20,000 nucleotides of DNA, taken from an uncultured virus (IMG/VR IMGVR_UViG_3300028422_001054). Taxonomy: Duplodnaviria; Heunggongvirae; Uroviricota; Caudoviricetes. The stretch lies in IMG/VR virus record IMGVR_UViG_3300028422_001054. The stretch is one strand, 5' to 3'. The notes under the pieces are model-generated. The model worked only from the letters and a program-made list of their open reading frames with translations, did not search any database and was not told the origin of the DNA. Numbering within the stretch: position 1 is the stretch's first letter; each line of letters opens with the position of its first letter. Position numbers and translations under genes: made by a program. Of the stretch, positions 16,711-20,000 are shown in pieces.

Positions 16711-17250
16711 CTATTTAAGTCCTGTAGAACCCATTTTCCCAGAGCCTCTTGAGGTCTCAAGGAGTTCATCCTTCTCTACCACCTCACAGATAGGTGTTAG
16801 CATAGGTATTAGTTGAGTCAACTTTTCGTCTTTGGAAACCTTAATAGGTTTATCCGTCTGATTACGAATAATAATTACAATTTCCCCTGTATATTGTTTA
16901 TCAACAATTCCTGCAGAGATCTCTAAACCAATTCCAGCTCGACCAGATTTATCTCTAATTTGAATCCATGGTCTAAATTGAGTTTGAAACATATAGTCTA
17001 TCATAGATTTACATACATTAACAATCTGAGGATTTCTAAAGTTATGCTTTTCTAGCATAAATCCAGCCTGATCAAAACCTTTATACTCTAGCTGAGTTGC
17101 TAACCCTGAATGAATTACATTCTTCCCTGGGACTAACACCAAGTCTTCTTTTGCAAAGATATCAAATCCTGCATCCTCATTTTCTACCTTTTGACTAAGA
17201 AGCTTAACCTCTTTATCAAGTCTTTTAACATTTAAGTTAAATAAATTCAT
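16711..17250 (-). CDS. dut: Trimeric dUTPase with internal insertion
   Basis: All five motifs: DAGFDI, RDKSG, GIVDKQYTGEI, LTQL, RGSGKMGSTG. Confidence 0.92.
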   Translation of the reverse strand: MNLFNLNVKRLDKEVKLLSQKVENEDAGFDIFAKEDLVLVPGKNVIHSGLATQLEYKGFDQAGFMLEKHNFRNPQIVNVCKSMIDYMFQTQFRPWIQIRDKSGRAGIGLEISAGIVDKQYTGEIVIIIRNQTDKPIKVSKDEKLTQLIPMLTPICEVVEKDELLETSRGSGKMGSTGLK

Positions 17251-17252
17251 TA

Positions 17253-17705
17253 CTACTCCTCTAAGCGTAAAATATCTTTTAAAAACAATCCTTGTTCTAG
17301 GACACTATGAATACAACCTACTTGTGTAACTAATTCTTCTTGAAACTTTCCCCAATTAACATCCATCATCTTTATAAACTCAGGAGAACTCCCTCTAGTT
17401 AAATACCTAATGAGGTATTCTTGCTTAATAGCTTTGGTATCTTTAGGATAAACTAAATTAAAAAATAATCCTGCAGCAACTAAAGCATTCCTAACGTCCT
17501 TATGAGTACTCACTAGGATAATATCTGCTTTGGATAGATTATCCTTGATATGCTTGATATAATTTTCTGGAAAATCCGGATTCCGAACTCCTTTAGAAAT
17601 CCAAGAAAAAATACTACTGTCCGAATCTAGCACTCTATACTTGCTATTGTTTTGGAACCAGCTTTTCCCAATTCCTGGAAATCCTGCGACAATTATTGCT
17701 TCCAT
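17253..17705 (-). CDS. Small P-loop NTPase / nucleotide kinase-like protein
   Basis: 150 aa; Walker A GFPGIGKS at N-terminus, LDSDSS, YLxRG lid-like motif. Confidence 0.7.
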   Translation of the reverse strand: MEAIIVAGFPGIGKSWFQNNSKYRVLDSDSSIFSWISKGVRNPDFPENYIKHIKDNLSKADIILVSTHKDVRNALVAAGLFFNLVYPKDTKAIKQEYLIRYLTRGSSPEFIKMMDVNWGKFQEELVTQVGCIHSVLEQGLFLKDILRLEE

Positions 17706-17748
17706 TTACCATCCTTTATTATCTTAAATCTTTAAAAAATCACTTACT

Positions 17749-17964
17749 TTATTGAGAAGTATCGTCAATATTTAAATAACCTACTACAGCTCCTAGTCCT
17801 GTTAAAGCACTAGCAGTATAAATTATCTCAGCTCGATAAGGAGCCTCCCAATCGCACTTAATGGCTTTGGCTATACACTTTATTTCCCCTACTAATAAAA
17901 TCGCTGCGAAGATATAAGGTGAGAAAATAAGAAGACACCCTAAAAATCCTGAAAAGTTTTTCAT
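17749..17964 (-). CDS. Small membrane protein
   Basis: 71 aa, two hydrophobic segments flanking KCDWEAPYRAEIIY; SD AGGAGG. Confidence 0.7.
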   Translation of the reverse strand: MKNFSGFLGCLLIFSPYIFAAILLVGEIKCIAKAIKCDWEAPYRAEIIYTASALTGLGAVVGYLNIDDTSQ

Positions 17965-18053
17965 TATAAACCTCCTATGGTTTTATAGATATTAGTCTAT
18001 AGAATACATCGAACAAAGTCTACACTCTACTATTTTAAGAATAGCCTGGAGTT

Positions 18054-19061
18054 CTATTTTGAGAGATAATCCTTTAGAAAAAGCTCTTTTTCCTCTAATG
18101 TCCAGTTACACTTATTTAAAAGTTCTAATACTCTATTCAAAGATTTTTCTTTTAGATATTTTTGCTGATACTCTACGGGAAAGTTTAACCAATAAAACAA
18201 TCTGAACTGATTATTAGAGGATATTTTCCTATAAAGGAAATCTAAGGTCTCTTTATTAAACTTTAGCATATTTTCACAGATAAAATGTTTGATACTATCT
18301 ACTAGTAGAGAGTCTTGATTTAATAAAGTTGTTCCCATAATAGAAATCATTTCGTCCGAGATATTTGCATACTGAGGTATAGTATAAAGATACAGGTAAT
18401 CGCCTCGGTGCGTATTTAAAGTAGTTATGATTTCTTTAAATACCTCGTCGTCCAGAATATACTTATTAGCCTGTAGTAAATCGTGAGGAACGTTCCCTTT
18501 AGAGCTTTCCATATAATAAATTGACAACCCATAGTTTTCTCCATTAGTACAGTAATGAGGATTTTTTACATAGGTTAATATTTCATCTCTTGTAAAATCT
18601 TCCGGCATCCTAAAAGAGTCTATAAGGTCTATAGGAATATCTTGCCCTGTTATAAGTAACAAAGTCTTCAAGTTTTCCTTATTATGATAAAAATTAATAG
18701 CAAGATGCTTCCACAAATATCCTCGACCTAAGTACCCATTGAACTCTTCCTTTACACCAAAAAGTAGGTTCATAGCATCTCTTAAAAAAGCATACCGTAT
18801 TTGGTCTATAGCAACTCTCTTATTCTCATAAGAGCTAACCTGTAAAGATTGCCATGAATCTCGTAAGGCTTCTATAAGAAACAGGCTATTCTTATATAAA
18901 GAATTCTTCTCATATAATTCTAGCTCTAGGTTTTTTATACTAGAAGCTTGTTCTCTAGTACATTTCTGAAGTCGAGATATAGTTTCCTCGAAGTTTGTTA
19001 TTTTTTCACGAATATCCTTCGTTATAAGCTCGTTCAAATCAATTTCTATGTAGTTTTCCAT
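18054..19061 (-). CDS. Hypothetical protein with N-terminal coiled coil
   Basis: 335 aa open frame with SD AGGAG; no recognisable catalytic motif. Confidence 0.65.
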   Translation of the reverse strand: MENYIEIDLNELITKDIREKITNFEETISRLQKCTREQASSIKNLELELYEKNSLYKNSLFLIEALRDSWQSLQVSSYENKRVAIDQIRYAFLRDAMNLLFGVKEEFNGYLGRGYLWKHLAINFYHNKENLKTLLLITGQDIPIDLIDSFRMPEDFTRDEILTYVKNPHYCTNGENYGLSIYYMESSKGNVPHDLLQANKYILDDEVFKEIITTLNTHRGDYLYLYTIPQYANISDEMISIMGTTLLNQDSLLVDSIKHFICENMLKFNKETLDFLYRKISSNNQFRLFYWLNFPVEYQQKYLKEKSLNRVLELLNKCNWTLEEKELFLKDYLSK

Positions 19062-19114
19062 CTTATTATCTCCTACGCTAAGTTCCGGATAAGTTTTAAA
19101 CCGGAACGAATCCT

Positions 19115-19143
19115 AGTATAACATAAACAATAAGGCTTTTAAA
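19115..19143 (-). promoter_or_regulatory. Sigma70-type (early) promoter
   Basis: Minus strand TTTAAA-N17-TATACT with extended -10 TG; followed by a 7-bp hairpin GTTCCGG/CCGGAAC (19082-19107) at the expected transcript 5' end. Confidence 0.5.
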
Positions 19144-19161
19144 GTATATTTCTACATAAAC

Positions 19162-19968
19162 TTAATAATTTGTGAAAAGGACTTCTTGATAACCATTTTC
19201 AAGATTTTTCCTAACTTTAGAATAATCCATATCTAAAATAGTTTTCTTCCAACCTCGTGCCTCTAAGCCAAGTAATAAAGGAGAGTTCTCTTTCTTATCA
19301 AACAAAACTCCAGAAACCGCAACAGATGCTACTGTAGATAAACATTTTTCCAAAAGATGATTCTCTTCTACTTTACTCCAAAAGACGTTGTAACCTGCTT
19401 CTGTATTAAAATAAGGCGGGTCTAAATAAACCATGTCTTCTTTAAACCATTTTATTGCTTGGAACCGGTCTTTTCTAGTAATGATAGGAATTTCTTTTTC
19501 TCGAAATTCGGATACCCTGCACAAATAATCTCTTACTTTTTGCTCAGTACTCTCGTTATAGGTTCTCTTTCCAAAAGTTTGATTAAATTCACCCTTCTTA
19601 TTGAACCTCATCATATTCGAGTTACAGCATAAAATTAAAGCCATCAACATTGCAGGATTAAAAGAAGCATTATATCTCTTTCGTAATTCTAAATATCCCT
19701 TAGAATCATCTTTCTTCACACAATATCTCTTTACTTCTGAAATAAAATTGTACCTATTCTCAATAAAAGCTTTATGAATATCTGTGGATATTATATCATT
19801 CATAACTACAGAGTCAAAATTTAACCCGAGATTAAGGGCAACTGACCCACCTCCTGTAAAAACATCAATGAAAGACTTTTTAGAATAGTCTAACAGAGGT
19901 TCAAGCTGGGGTAGTAACTTATATTTACTACCCATATAGTTTAGCGGAGGATTTATATATTTTATCAT
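19162..19968 (-). CDS. dam: DNA adenine methyltransferase (Dam / D12 family)
   Basis: NYMGSK, DVFTGGGSV (motif I), MRFNKKGEFNQTFG, YLDPPY (motif IV), EVLFTNY C-terminus. Target sequence not determined. Confidence 0.9.
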   Translation of the reverse strand: MIKYINPPLNYMGSKYKLLPQLEPLLDYSKKSFIDVFTGGGSVALNLGLNFDSVVMNDIISTDIHKAFIENRYNFISEVKRYCVKKDDSKGYLELRKRYNASFNPAMLMALILCCNSNMMRFNKKGEFNQTFGKRTYNESTEQKVRDYLCRVSEFREKEIPIITRKDRFQAIKWFKEDMVYLDPPYFNTEAGYNVFWSKVEENHLLEKCLSTVASVAVSGVLFDKKENSPLLLGLEARGWKKTILDMDYSKVRKNLENGYQEVLFTNY

Positions 19969-20000
19969 TAAGATTATTTCTCCTACAAATAAATAAATAA

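Noticed and set aside
18054..19968. Dam plus downstream 335-aa ORF as a restriction-modification pair
   Set aside because: No PD-(D/E)xK, HNH or GIY-YIG motif recognised in the 335-aa protein, which has its own promoter; orphan Dam-family methylases are routine in large phages.

Overview
AT-rich, gene-dense segment of a large tailed phage with a contractile tail (T4-superfamily-like myovirus). Nearly all genes are on the minus strand. In transcription order, an early/accessory block (Dam-family methyltransferase, hypothetical, small membrane protein, P-loop protein, dUTPase) precedes a virion morphogenesis block: gp13-like neck, gp20-like portal, gp21-like prohead protease fused to a long scaffold, gp23-like major capsid protein, large terminase, possible gp14-like neck, [plus-strand membrane protein + SPFH lipoprotein insert], a truncated terminase-ATPase paralog, a SWIM Zn-finger protein, possible gp15-like tail terminator, tail sheath, tail tube, and a second tube-family gene running off the left edge (missed by the ORF track). 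The most striking observation is the 219-aa ORF at 5450-6109, a stand-alone paralog of the ATPase domain of the phage's own TerL with the Walker A lysine lost and no nuclease domain (candidate decoy or packaging regulator). Also notable: a recurring ACTA(T/A) candidate late-promoter motif coupled to RBS-sequestering hairpins, a structured ~215-nt capsid leader, and a (TATC)9 microsatellite fused to a 16-bp inverted repeat. All product calls come from motif recognition and synteny by eye; no database searches were run.
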